From Candidatus Latescibacterota bacterium (GTDB taxonomy: Bacteria > Latescibacterota > UBA2968): a stretch of DNA of 64,000 nt. Below are positions 48,238-58,462 of the stretch, in pieces. The stretch's first letter is position 1, and every line of letters begins with the position of its first letter. The stretch spans positions 1 to 64,000 of the forward strand of contig JAYODI010000004.1 in NCBI GenBank assembly GCA_038279365.1, read 5' to 3'. The position numbers and the translations under genes are program-made. The notes under the pieces were generated by a model. It made no database searches. It saw nothing but the letters and a program-made list of their open reading frames with translations, and was not told where the DNA came from.

Positions 48238-49743
48238 CTATGGCGATAACAATGCATAAACCGATACCGTTGGTGGTGGTGTTTGGTAGAGCAGTTGAAA
48301 ACGTTCGGGCGTTTGTGTTTTCAATTTTTCAAAGCCTTCTCCTAAATTCACACCGGATATGGGAAATTCGGTCACAATGATGTGGGTGATATTTATTGGA
48401 TTGCCCATTTGATCTTTTTGTGGAATGAACATGGGGTCTGTATACCACCATGACTTTCTGCCTGACCAGATGGCACTTAAACGCGGTTTGCGAGAAATGA
48501 TGAGGGCATCTTGGTTTGTATTTGATTTAAGCCACGTACAGGCATCTTTAAAATGAGCAATTTCGGGTTGGTAGTAGTCTGTTCGATTAAAATAAACCAA
48601 ATGCAAACTGCTGCCTAAGCCAATAAGTAAAAGCGTAGAAACAGTCCAGGTGAGCGCTTTGCGACGAAGTAGATCAATGTTTATGGGTAAATGCTGTAAG
48701 CCTACAATGATGTAATAGAGCAACAGGGGCAATATGGGGAGCAGAAATCGGGCATCGTGATAGGGCCACACGGCAAGAATGCCGAGATATACAATGAGAT
48801 AAGCATTTTCGGGTGTGATTCCTGTTCTTAAATTTCTAACATAACCTATGAGAAATAGCGTGGTAAGCAGAAGGCTGCCAATGATTTTCAGTGGATTGTA
48901 GGGTGAAAATTGTGCGATGATTGGGCCACCTATCAAGTCTGCAAAAGATTTGGCTGCATATCGCGGCAAGTTTTGCGCAAGCCTATAAATAACGATAAAG
49001 GAGCCAGTATCTGTTTCACCAGCACTTTTTTCGGTGAGTTGATCAAAGTAAGAATTATGAACTTGTATGCTTCGCAGAGCCCAAGGCAACAGCAATAGGC
49101 CAATAAATGTGGCAAGCAAAATAGAGGCTTTGTAACGTTTGTTAATAAACAGATACCCACACATCGATAGGGCGAGTGTGGCACCGATGGTGCGTGCATA
49201 AAATGACAAAGCAATTAACACCGCAGCTGTGATGATGAGCCCAATATGATCTTCTTGGCTTTGTTTGATTTTGCGAACTGTGATGAGTACACAAGCCGAC
49301 AAAAAGACATATATGGTTTCTGTGAGTATGCTGGAACCAAAATGGATATATGCGGCATTTACGGCAGTTAAGAGCATTACCATCCAGGCTGTGTCGGCAG
49401 AAGAAATGTCTTTGATCAACCGATACATTGCCGTTAAGCCCAAGAGGCCAAATAACAATGCAATGCATTTCATGGCGAAGAAGTTCTGCCCTAAGAATGC
49501 AACAATGGGAACGATGAGTATGGGCAACAGGGGGGGGTATTGGGTTTCTGCTGGCTCACCTGGGTAAAAGGTGTTGGTATATCCTTTTCCTTGGGTGAGA
49601 CTTTCGGCCAAAATGATATAACTGGCGTTATCTCCATTGGGGGAAATGAGTGGGGTTATGGCATTTGTGGCCAATAAAGTGAAGGTGAGCAAAATGATGA
49701 TTTGTCGAGATGTATTCACATGCTGGAGAATTGTGGGGCGCAT
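48238..49743 (-). CDS. Multi-pass membrane GT-C fold glycosyltransferase (ArnT/PMT-like)
   Basis: GD.A.YI.LA.SL..G.GY, YPP..P, LTE and RFLLP motifs; many TM segments and a soluble C-terminal tail. Confidence 0.75.
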   Translation of the reverse strand: MRPTILQHVNTSRQIIILLTFTLLATNAITPLISPNGDNASYIILAESLTQGKGYTNTFYPGEPAETQYPPLLPILIVPIVAFLGQNFFAMKCIALLFGLLGLTAMYRLIKDISSADTAWMVMLLTAVNAAYIHFGSSILTETIYVFLSACVLITVRKIKQSQEDHIGLIITAAVLIALSFYARTIGATLALSMCGYLFINKRYKASILLATFIGLLLLPWALRSIQVHNSYFDQLTEKSAGETDTGSFIVIYRLAQNLPRYAAKSFADLIGGPIIAQFSPYNPLKIIGSLLLTTLFLIGYVRNLRTGITPENAYLIVYLGILAVWPYHDARFLLPILPLLLYYIIVGLQHLPINIDLLRRKALTWTVSTLLLIGLGSSLHLVYFNRTDYYQPEIAHFKDACTWLKSNTNQDALIISRKPRLSAIWSGRKSWWYTDPMFIPQKDQMGNPINITHIIVTEFPISGVNLGEGFEKLKTQTPERFQLLYQTPPPTVSVYALLSP

Positions 49744-49770
49744 ACGTTCTTTCTTATATGGGTGCTGTTA

Positions 49771-50898
49771 TCAAGCGTTTTGGTGATAGATGGCAATGGT
49801 TTTTTCTGCAACAGATGGCCAGGCATAGCGGGTGTCGGCAAGGTAGCGAGAATGTTCTCCCATGGCATCTATTTTTTCTTTCGAATATGAAAGCATTTCA
49901 GAAAGACCTTTTTCAAGTGCACTTGGGTTTCGTGGGGGAACAAGCAGGCCGTTTTGACCATTGTCTATTGTTTCTGGAAATGCCCCCACAGATGTGGCGA
50001 CCACTGGTCGGGCAAATGCATAGGCCAACTGCAAAGCCCCACTTTGGTAGATAGCGTGATAAGGATAAACTGCAATGTCACAGGCTTCAAAATAGTGTGC
50101 AATGTCTTCTAAGGCGATGTAGTCTGGACAAAAAACGACACGGTTTTTAAGGTTTAGTTTGTGAATAAGTGCAATAAGGTCTTCGGGGTTTTGACCAATG
50201 GGTTTTCCTGCTATTAACAAATTGACGTCTAAAAAGTGGGGGGCGATGCGGGCAAATGCATCTAATAAATCTTCGGTCCCTTTATAGGGACGAATGGTGC
50301 CAAAGGCAAGTAAATAGCGGGTGTCGTTGTGGAGACCCAAGTATTTCTTCGATTCTGCCTTTGAACGCGGTGTATCTGATTCAGCAAAAACATAGTTGCC
50401 ATGTGGGATGACGGATATTTTTTGTGTAGAGGGTGAAAACAATTGTAAAATGGCATCGCGAGAGTCATTGCTGTGTGCAATGATGTGTTTGGCATAGTGA
50501 TAAAGTTTGCCATATGCCCATTTCATTCCTCGCGCATTTTTTTCGGATGCATCGTGTGGCAATACATTGTGTGCGGTGTAGATAATCGGGATGTTGAGCC
50601 CATTACAAAGACCCAATATGAACCAATCTTTGCGTGCAGAGAAAGTGCTTTGAACATGGACAATATCGGGGCGGTAGGCTCTGTAAACAGATATGACATT
50701 GCGAATCTGTTTGTGATAAGGGGTGTGGGCATCAAAGGGTGTCGCAACTTCAAAGTTGTGAGGTTGGTCTGTGAGTTCATAGGGATTGGCCGTTACCAGT
50801 TGAACAGATGCTCCTGCATGGGCAAGGGCTTGGCAAAGGTTATAACTGTAGTGACAAATGCCACCCCAACCACCGGTTTCGAGCATGAGTATTTTCAT
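49771..50898 (-). CDS. Glycosyltransferase family 4
   Basis: GGI.HY, HNVLPH, IPHG, FG.IRPYKG and QSG motifs. Confidence 0.92.
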   Translation of the reverse strand: MKILMLETGGWGGICHYSYNLCQALAHAGASVQLVTANPYELTDQPHNFEVATPFDAHTPYHKQIRNVISVYRAYRPDIVHVQSTFSARKDWFILGLCNGLNIPIIYTAHNVLPHDASEKNARGMKWAYGKLYHYAKHIIAHSNDSRDAILQLFSPSTQKISVIPHGNYVFAESDTPRSKAESKKYLGLHNDTRYLLAFGTIRPYKGTEDLLDAFARIAPHFLDVNLLIAGKPIGQNPEDLIALIHKLNLKNRVVFCPDYIALEDIAHYFEACDIAVYPYHAIYQSGALQLAYAFARPVVATSVGAFPETIDNGQNGLLVPPRNPSALEKGLSEMLSYSKEKIDAMGEHSRYLADTRYAWPSVAEKTIAIYHQNA

Positions 50899-52013
50899 GG
50901 GCAAAGTTGATGGTAAATGTTTTGCGTGTTTTGAACCATATGTTTTAATGAAAAGCATGATTCAACACGGATACGGGCTTGTGTAGACAGGTGTGCACAC
51001 AGAGCGGGATCATTGAGTAGGAATATAATGGCTTTTGCCAGGGCTTGGGTATTTTCGGGAGGCACAAGCAAACCTGTTTGTCCTTCAAGAACCGATTCGG
51101 GAATGCCATCAACCTGTGTTGACACGATGGGTTTTGAAGCGGCCATTACTTCAAGTATTGAAATGGGAAAACTTTCGTAACGAGACGGCAAAACAAAAAG
51201 ATCAAAAGCTTTTAGAAGCGCAGGGATGTCTGCACGCATACCCAAAAAATCAACCTGATTTTCAATTCCAAGGCTTTTACATTGGGCCTTGAGTTTGGAT
51301 TCTTCAGGGCCTTCACCCGCAATGGCCAACCGCACATGAGGGTGTTGTGCCAAGACCTCAGGCATCGCTTGGAGTAAAATGTCAAATCCCTTTTGTGCGG
51401 AAAGACGTCCTACGGTGCCTAAGAGTATTTCATTTTCTCTTTTTAATGTGACGGGGGGAAGGGTTGAAAGGTCTTTGTCAAAAGCTATTGTGTCGATGCC
51501 ATTGTAAACGACATCGGTATGGTCATTATGTATACCAAAGTGTTTGAGGCATAACGTTCGACTGGAATTGCATACAGCAATCAGTTTATCCAGGCGACAA
51601 ATCGTTTGGCGTTCAAAAAAACGTCCCCGCCTTGTAGGAGTTGTGCTGCGCGGCGGTAAGTGAAGCGTGGCAATCTTTGAGGGAACCTTGGCCATTCTTG
51701 CCGCCAACATGGCATATTGCCCGTGTAATGGATTCGATAGATTGAAATGTACAATTTGAGGGCCTCGGGCTTTAAAACAAGCCATGTGACGCATAATTGC
51801 TTGTATGTCCGTTTTGCCTTGTATGGGGGCAAGCGTTATGGTCGGTATGCATAAGTCTTTCAGGGCTTGCTGTAACTGGGGGGGGGCCTGATCGGATATG
51901 GCCATTTCAATGTCAAATAGGCTGCGGTCTATGCCTTCTGCCAATGTAATCAGATAGCGTTCGGCACCACCATAAATGGGTGCTTCAGAGACATAGAGAA
52001 CTTTAATGGGCAC
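50895..52013 (-). CDS. Glycosyltransferase family 4 (start approximate)
   Basis: GGAE, VGRLS.QKG and ESFPISILEVMA motifs. Confidence 0.92.
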   Translation of the reverse strand: MPIKVLYVSEAPIYGGAERYLITLAEGIDRSLFDIEMAISDQAPPQLQQALKDLCIPTITLAPIQGKTDIQAIMRHMACFKARGPQIVHFNLSNPLHGQYAMLAARMAKVPSKIATLHLPPRSTTPTRRGRFFERQTICRLDKLIAVCNSSRTLCLKHFGIHNDHTDVVYNGIDTIAFDKDLSTLPPVTLKRENEILLGTVGRLSAQKGFDILLQAMPEVLAQHPHVRLAIAGEGPEESKLKAQCKSLGIENQVDFLGMRADIPALLKAFDLFVLPSRYESFPISILEVMAASKPIVSTQVDGIPESVLEGQTGLLVPPENTQALAKAIIFLLNDPALCAHLSTQARIRVESCFSLKHMVQNTQNIYHQLCP

Positions 52014-53217
52014 GGTTGAGAACCTCGGTGTAGAGTGTTTCAATTTGTGTGACGATGGGGTTCCAACTGTAGTGTTGTTCGATTAAAGTGCGATTGTGTT
52101 TGCCCATAGATACCATTTTTTCAGGGTGTTGTAACAGGTCTATGAGTGCATCTGACAAAGCATCGACATTGCATGAGGGCACAAGATGGCCCGATTTCCC
52201 ATCTTCAACAAAATAGGGAATACCACCCACAGCACTGGCCACAATGGGTTTGCCGCTGGCCATTGCTTGCAACAGGCTTAAACCAAAGGCTTCTGCCAAA
52301 GTGGGCAAGCAGAAAATGGCACATCGGCGAAATAGATCGGGCATTTGGGTGAAGGGAACGGGGCCTAAGAATTCAACGTAATCTTCAATGCCCAAATTTT
52401 GAGCCATTGTTTTTAGTCGCGGTCTTTCAAAACCATCTCCAGCAAGAACCAACCGCGCGTTGGGAATGTGTTCGTGAACTTTTTGCATGGCCTGTATGAG
52501 ATAATCTACGCCTTTTGCCGCAACGAGATGTCCGGCATAGAATATTTCGGGTGCCTGGGATGTTGTTTCTGATGGGGCTGGTGAAAATTCATTGGGGTCA
52601 ACACCCAATGGAATAATAGGGGATTTGTTTTGGCAACAGTCGGGCAGATAATTACGCGTTGGTTGAACTGAAACTGGCACACTTGCGGCTGTTTCCATCA
52701 TGCGGTCCCATAACCATTTGCCCACCGTAAAATTGAGTTTGTCGATGAGTTTGTTTTTAAGTTTTCCAATGATACCCGTTTTGCCTGTTTCTCCAGGCAT
52801 GGCCGTGTTGGGGGGCAATGAGTGTGTCATTGGCAAACTGACGGGACCATAGACAAAAGGTAAAGGCAAGCGCCAGCACAGGCTAAATTTTTCAAGAAAT
52901 GCAGGGCGAATGTGATGAACGATATCGATGGGGTATTCTCGCGTCAATTTTTTTGCCAAACGATAAGAGCGAATCGTAAATGTCCACCAATTCCAACGAT
53001 AGGCAAAATAGCTTTCTCGTTCTACAAAGTCGTAACCACTTATTTCATGAATGGTCACGTTGGGAATGGGTTCGCGTAATTTGGCTTTGGGCACAATGAT
53101 GTGAATGTTGTGACCGCGTGCAGCCAAACCCGACACGATGGCATGAGCAACCTGATATTCTCCACCGGGAATATGATCCGAAAAAACATATGACGTAGAA
53201 GAAAAAAGGATGTTCAT
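52003..53217 (-). CDS. Glycosyltransferase family 4
   Basis: G.L...KGV and EAFGLSLLQAMASG motifs. Confidence 0.92.
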   Translation of the reverse strand: MNILFSSTSYVFSDHIPGGEYQVAHAIVSGLAARGHNIHIIVPKAKLREPIPNVTIHEISGYDFVERESYFAYRWNWWTFTIRSYRLAKKLTREYPIDIVHHIRPAFLEKFSLCWRLPLPFVYGPVSLPMTHSLPPNTAMPGETGKTGIIGKLKNKLIDKLNFTVGKWLWDRMMETAASVPVSVQPTRNYLPDCCQNKSPIIPLGVDPNEFSPAPSETTSQAPEIFYAGHLVAAKGVDYLIQAMQKVHEHIPNARLVLAGDGFERPRLKTMAQNLGIEDYVEFLGPVPFTQMPDLFRRCAIFCLPTLAEAFGLSLLQAMASGKPIVASAVGGIPYFVEDGKSGHLVPSCNVDALSDALIDLLQHPEKMVSMGKHNRTLIEQHYSWNPIVTQIETLYTEVLNRAH

Positions 53218-54287
53218 GGTGTGTGTCCCATGTGTATGCGCGTGGTGACTAAGTGTAATTTGTCACCCACAATATGACTGAGGTTGTGGGTAAACTCCGG
53301 TACATCTTGAGCATCTAAATGCGATGTGTCTGGGCAATCAAACTTAGAAAGGTTTTCGTGGTCCATAAAGTGGATGGTTGGAATACCCGATAGGATTTGA
53401 AGCCTATCCCAATACATGGCTTTGGGAGCCATTTTCTCATCTGCTTCCCAATGTGCATCTGTGGTCGGCATACGCACCAAAACCATATTTCCACCTCGTT
53501 TGCGCAATTGGTCATAAAGGGGGCGCAATTCTTTTTGGGCGATGTGTTCAAATTTTGATTTTGGCGTACGTGTGATCTCATTTTGGGTGATGCTCGCAAT
53601 TCTTTTTGTTCTATGCATTTGTAATGCTTCTGGCGATAAACGGTCATAATAGAATGCAGGACGGAAGCGGTTTTTTTGCATATGAAAATAAAGCCAGTCG
53701 GGATGGAGTCTGGTATAGAGCAATGATTTGAATGCAAGAACGGGTGAGAAGATGACAAAGTTTGATTGTAAAAAAACGCCCATTGAGGCATTCATTCTTT
53801 TTTCTATTGAAGCTGCCGTTTGAAATGTGTTGTGGTAATAAGTGATATATTCTAATTCTTTTTGTTTGTTGATAGAGTCGGTTACACATAAAAAGGGAAC
53901 GGTGACATCGGCAAGAATGATGCCGTCAAATTTGGGATCTGTACAAAGATCTTTGATGACTTCAAAAGGCAGTGCACCATCAATGGCCAGTTGTATGGTA
54001 TCAAATTCTGGAAAATTTTCATTAAGAATGGTTGGGTCAATACCCAACTGCGCCCGAGATGTGCCCACCACCACCATTTTTTTGCGACCGTGTTGACTGT
54101 ATACACGATGGCGGTGTTCACTCCAATAGAGTTTGTTGTCTACTATGTTGGGCAAAAAACCTTTGTTGCGCCAGTAGATTTCACTCGTGCTCAAAAAAAA
54201 TAGAACCAGTGCGATCACCGACACCCATAGTGAGGTGTAGGGTAATGATGGGCATCGTGTTTCAGAATTGGAAGTAGATGAAGGCAC
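53214..54287 (-). CDS. Membrane-anchored SGNH-like (AlgJ/DltD-like) partner of the MBOAT
   Basis: N-terminal TM helix, VVGTSR and D.SHL motifs; overlaps the 3' end of the MBOAT gene. Confidence 0.6.
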   Translation of the reverse strand: MPSSTSNSETRCPSLPYTSLWVSVIALVLFFLSTSEIYWRNKGFLPNIVDNKLYWSEHRHRVYSQHGRKKMVVVGTSRAQLGIDPTILNENFPEFDTIQLAIDGALPFEVIKDLCTDPKFDGIILADVTVPFLCVTDSINKQKELEYITYYHNTFQTAASIEKRMNASMGVFLQSNFVIFSPVLAFKSLLYTRLHPDWLYFHMQKNRFRPAFYYDRLSPEALQMHRTKRIASITQNEITRTPKSKFEHIAQKELRPLYDQLRKRGGNMVLVRMPTTDAHWEADEKMAPKAMYWDRLQILSGIPTIHFMDHENLSKFDCPDTSHLDAQDVPEFTHNLSHIVGDKLHLVTTRIHMGHTP

Positions 54288-55740
54288 GATCTTCCCCGGT
54301 CATTGAAATGATGACGAGATATACCATGGTTGCCAATGTGATGACACGCACGGGGCTTGGGAGCTTGGAAAACACAGTTTCAAGGCTGGACGCTTTAAGC
54401 CAGGCGTGAATGCCAAGTAGGGCTGCTGTGCAGCCTATTGAAACAACATAGTCGAATCTTCCTGGTAAAATGCTGTGCACAAAATCAAACGATTGTGATG
54501 GGGTTAACAATGCCATCAGGCAAGCGATTGCTTGTGGAATATCGAGCATGTCTGAACACAAAGAAAAAGCGCGTTGCAGGTTGGGTGCTCTAAAGAATAC
54601 CCATGTGATGCATATGAGCAAAAAAGTGAAGATGGTGAGTAGACTGCGGCCTATGTGGGTTTGCCAAATAGGAAAATGGGCGAGGCGTGTTTTTAAGAGG
54701 AGGCGTTCGGCAATAAGGTAAAAGCCGTGTAAGCCTCCCCATATGACAAACATCCAAGAAGCACCATGCCACAATCCACCCAAGAGCATGGTGATAGAAA
54801 GGTTGATGTAAGTCCGTAAGCTACCCTTTTTGTTTCCGCCCAATGGAATGTAGAGATAGTCTCTTAACCAAGTTGACAAGCTGATATGCCATCTGCGCCA
54901 AAAATCTGAAAATCCGATGGCAGCATATGGAAATCGGAAATTATCTGGCAGAGCAAAACCCAAGCAGAGTGCGATGCCTATGGCACACGTAGAATACCCA
55001 AAAAAGTCGCAAAATATCTGCGTCGTAAAGGCGAATGTACCTGTCCAGGCGGCAAGAAATCCGGCAGGTGAAGCGGTGTCAAACACACGTTCGGCAATGG
55101 GTGACATAAGTGCGTCTGCTATGACTACTTTGGAGAACAAACCGATCACAAAAAGACACAGCCCCCAACCTATTTGATCTTTTGTGGCTGTGCGTGGTGT
55201 ATCGCATTGGGGCAAAAAGTCTGTTGCCCTTACAATGGGACCTGCAACCAATTGTGGAAAGAATGTGACGTAGAGGGCGTAGTCTAAAAACGAGTGCCAC
55301 GGGCGCATATTGCCACGATAGATGTCGATGGTATAAGACATGGTTTGAAATGTATAAAACGATATACCAACGGGCAAAATAACATGAAAAGCATTTATGT
55401 GAAATGGTGTATTGAGGGATAAGAGAGCCGTGTTGAGGTTATCGATTAAAAAACCACTGTATTTGAAATAGGACAGCATACCCAAATTGACCAAGAGGCT
55501 GACAAAAAGATAAAACCTTCGTTTGTGAAGGTGTTGGCTTTCATATAGTTTTTGTGAGGCGTACCAATCGATTAGGGTCGATATCCATAAGAGTGCTACA
55601 AATGGGGGATTCCAGGCGGCATAAAAGAGATAGCTCAAGCATAAGAGTACCAGTTTTTTGAGGGACCAGTTGCCAATTGTGCGCGTCAATATTAGCACGA
55701 TTGCAAAAAATATGAGGAAGGTATAAGAGTTAAAGAGCAT
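54262..55740 (-). CDS. MBOAT family O-acyltransferase (AlgI/DltB-like)
   Basis: MLFNS, LPVGISFYTFQ, FFPQLVAGPI, FWRRWHISLS.WLRDYLYIPLGG, GLWHGA and FIYFQF motifs. Confidence 0.96.
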   Translation of the reverse strand: MLFNSYTFLIFFAIVLILTRTIGNWSLKKLVLLCLSYLFYAAWNPPFVALLWISTLIDWYASQKLYESQHLHKRRFYLFVSLLVNLGMLSYFKYSGFLIDNLNTALLSLNTPFHINAFHVILPVGISFYTFQTMSYTIDIYRGNMRPWHSFLDYALYVTFFPQLVAGPIVRATDFLPQCDTPRTATKDQIGWGLCLFVIGLFSKVVIADALMSPIAERVFDTASPAGFLAAWTGTFAFTTQIFCDFFGYSTCAIGIALCLGFALPDNFRFPYAAIGFSDFWRRWHISLSTWLRDYLYIPLGGNKKGSLRTYINLSITMLLGGLWHGASWMFVIWGGLHGFYLIAERLLLKTRLAHFPIWQTHIGRSLLTIFTFLLICITWVFFRAPNLQRAFSLCSDMLDIPQAIACLMALLTPSQSFDFVHSILPGRFDYVVSIGCTAALLGIHAWLKASSLETVFSKLPSPVRVITLATMVYLVIISMTGEDRAFIYFQF

Positions 55741-55765
55741 TTGTGTTTTCTAAGCGATTGTCTGT

Positions 55766-56560
55766 TTATGCAAAAAGAAAGTCTTGTAGTTTGCGATACC
55801 AGCCATAACCACCATGTACGATAAGTCGAAAAAGTTGAAAATCAATATTGGTCGGAAACCGCGGTATGGCAAATAAATCAGATTGTTGGGTGAAGTATCC
55901 CAATTGCGTGGTAAATGCAGCCTTATAACCGGCCTCTTGAGTGGCTTTTTTTACGTCTTCATTAAATGCACCATAAGGATATGCAAGGGTTTCAATAGAG
56001 CTGTCTATTTGTTGTTCTAATTCGGAGCGTCCTAAGCAGAGCTCATGGTTTCGTGCAGTGGATGAAATATGCGTTAAATTGGGATGGGTGTGGGTATGTG
56101 CACCCATTTCGCATCCTTTTTGAGCAAGTGCCTTTAGGTGTATGGACGACATAATTTCTATTTGGGCAATGTCTTTGCGATCTGCATCCCAAAGATTGCT
56201 GCGTCCTATGGCGGATGAGGGCACAAATACCGTGGCCGTTTCTGATTGCTCAAGTAAGTTTTCGATATAGGGTGCAATGGTGGTGTAGGCATCGTCAAAT
56301 GTAAGTAGCACGCATTTGTGTGTGGGATGATTTTGCAAGCTTGTCGAGAGGGCTTGTTTTGTGCTGATGAGGCAAAAAGAATGCGCGCGTAAGTAATGCA
56401 ATTGTTGCTCAAATATGTCGGGTGATAGAGCAATGGATGTTCCCGAATGATCGATGCTGTGATACACAAAAATAGGGATACCAAATGATCTAAATCTCTG
56501 CGTGCAACGCGCAATTAGAATCAAGGTTTCCATGAGTGCATAACGAATGATGCGTTTCAT
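55766..56560 (-). CDS. Polysaccharide deacetylase (CE4, IcaB-like)
   Basis: YH, LTFDDA, G.HT.TH and AYPYG motifs. Confidence 0.92.
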   Translation of the reverse strand: MKRIIRYALMETLILIARCTQRFRSFGIPIFVYHSIDHSGTSIALSPDIFEQQLHYLRAHSFCLISTKQALSTSLQNHPTHKCVLLTFDDAYTTIAPYIENLLEQSETATVFVPSSAIGRSNLWDADRKDIAQIEIMSSIHLKALAQKGCEMGAHTHTHPNLTHISSTARNHELCLGRSELEQQIDSSIETLAYPYGAFNEDVKKATQEAGYKAAFTTQLGYFTQQSDLFAIPRFPTNIDFQLFRLIVHGGYGWYRKLQDFLFA

Positions 56561-57492
56561 TTGGAGATGTGCCCATAGAGGGTGCCATATTCATAAATAA
56601 TCTGCGTGAACTTTTCCAGTGCGGCAAAGGCCAAGCTGTCAGACCAAGAATATCCCATTTGATGGAATGTGCTTGTGTGGCGTGGAATGGCCAGTGTGGA
56701 AACGACAGCACGCAATGCATTTTTTAGAGCACCGCCAAAAGTAATGGGTCGGTTTTCTGCTTGTAACCACTGGACGCGGTTGCGACCAAAATTGAATCTT
56801 TCTTTAAAAAGTTTGGAGAGCTTCATTTCTCTGAAGTGATGGGTCAATGCTTGAGGGCGATACACAATTTGTAACCCGCTTTCGCGAATGCGCATACCCA
56901 GTTCTGTATCTTCACCACCAGGTGCCACGCCTTTGAATACCGCTTTGTAATTGGGATCAAATCCACCTGTTTTTTCAAGTGTTTCGCGTCTGATACCTGC
57001 ATTGCCACTGGTGAGATAGCGCTCTTTGTCGGCGGCTACTTTTTCGGCTTCGCGTTCGTCGCGCATGCACACATAGCGCGCTGCAAGGCCACCATCGGGC
57101 ACCGAATCGTTTTTGCCATTTACGATGCCAATGCTTGGGTCAGACAAGGGATCGACCAATGCATCGAGCCAACCGTCGAGCACTTCATGGTCATCGTCGA
57201 GAAAAACGACAATGGGACCCTGGGTAGATGATATGCCAAGATTGCGCGCCACTGCGGGGCCCGAATTTTTCTGTGTATGATAATTTAAAGTGTAAGGCAT
57301 TTCTTTTTTTAGCTGTTCAAGCATTGCACAGGTGTGGTCTGGACTTCCATCGTCCACAACGGTTACGTCGAACGTGCGTTGATACGTATGCTGGGCAATA
57401 GACCTTAAGGTTCGTTCCAGAGATTGCGCACGGTTATAGGTCGGAATGATGATGCTGACATCAACCGGGCTATTTTTTTGTGAATTTGACAT
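56557..57492 (-). CDS. Glycosyltransferase family 2
   Basis: SIIIPTYNR, VDDGS, ARN.G, FLDDD and GED motifs. Confidence 0.93.
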   Translation of the reverse strand: MSNSQKNSPVDVSIIIPTYNRAQSLERTLRSIAQHTYQRTFDVTVVDDGSPDHTCAMLEQLKKEMPYTLNYHTQKNSGPAVARNLGISSTQGPIVVFLDDDHEVLDGWLDALVDPLSDPSIGIVNGKNDSVPDGGLAARYVCMRDEREAEKVAADKERYLTSGNAGIRRETLEKTGGFDPNYKAVFKGVAPGGEDTELGMRIRESGLQIVYRPQALTHHFREMKLSKLFKERFNFGRNRVQWLQAENRPITFGGALKNALRAVVSTLAIPRHTSTFHQMGYSWSDSLAFAALEKFTQIIYEYGTLYGHISK

Positions 57493-57505
57493 AAGCACTT
57501 CACGT

Positions 57506-58459
57506 TTAAGGTAAATGGTGTTTTTGCTTGGCAATGCGCCGACATTCCCACAAGCGTCTTAAGAAGATGCGTGGTAGGTTCACAATAATTTGAACTTGAG
57601 TCCAAATGGCTTTTGATAGGGGCGGTGGGGTGGCTGGTGTGTCATATTTGCGCAAAATAGAATTTGGCAAGCCGTAACGAAGATAGATGTAAAGGTTTTT
57701 CCAAAAAGGTTGGGTTGGGTCTTTAAGGATGAATACTTGGCGGTTGCGAAGAAAATAGCCATCGACATCTGTTACCTTTAATTCTTCAGCATGAATTTGC
57801 CCGTGGTAATGTCCGATCTTGCTCGTGGGCACAACGGCAATTTCATATCCGGCCGCAATGGTGCGCCTGCACAAATCTTTTTCCTCAAAGTATAGAAAGT
57901 AATACGGGTCAAAGGTTCCCAATGCTTGAATGACTTCTTTTCGCAAAAGCATGGCCGCCCCAATGACATGGGGAATGGTGTAGTATGGTGCAATGGAATT
58001 TTGTTTTTCGTCGGCAAAATAGGTGGTGTTGGCAGACAGTTGATTTTGAAACACGCGGTCAAATATCTGACCTTCATAATCGTATTGGAATGGCCCTAAT
58101 ATGCCTAAGCGTGGGGTTTCATTTGCCAGTTGGATGAGGTCGTCCATCCACCCTTCAAATACGACCGTATCTTGGTTGAGCAATAAAACAAAGTCCGCAC
58201 CCTTTTTAAGTGCATATGTGATGCCCACATTGTTGCCACCGGCAAATCCCAAATTTTTCCCAGTTTGTATCAGTGTTACTTCTGGGTAATTTTGGCGAAT
58301 CAATGCGGCGCTGTCATCGGTGGATCCATTGTCCACTGCCAATATGTGATAGTTGATTTTGCGACGGCTTTGAGCAAGTGATTGTAGGCAGGCTTCGAGC
58401 CATTTTTTGCCGTTCCAAACGAGAATGAGAATCCAGACATTTGTTTTGACGTTGTTCAT
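57506..58459 (-). CDS. Glycosyltransferase family 2 (rhamnosyltransferase-like)
   Basis: VDNGSTD, NLGFAGGNN.G, LLNQD and YFLYFEE.D motifs. Confidence 0.93.
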   Translation of the reverse strand: MNNVKTNVWILILVWNGKKWLEACLQSLAQSRRKINYHILAVDNGSTDDSAALIRQNYPEVTLIQTGKNLGFAGGNNVGITYALKKGADFVLLLNQDTVVFEGWMDDLIQLANETPRLGILGPFQYDYEGQIFDRVFQNQLSANTTYFADEKQNSIAPYYTIPHVIGAAMLLRKEVIQALGTFDPYYFLYFEEKDLCRRTIAAGYEIAVVPTSKIGHYHGQIHAEELKVTDVDGYFLRNRQVFILKDPTQPFWKNLYIYLRYGLPNSILRKYDTPATPPPLSKAIWTQVQIIVNLPRIFLRRLWECRRIAKQKHHLP

Positions 58460-58462
58460 GGA

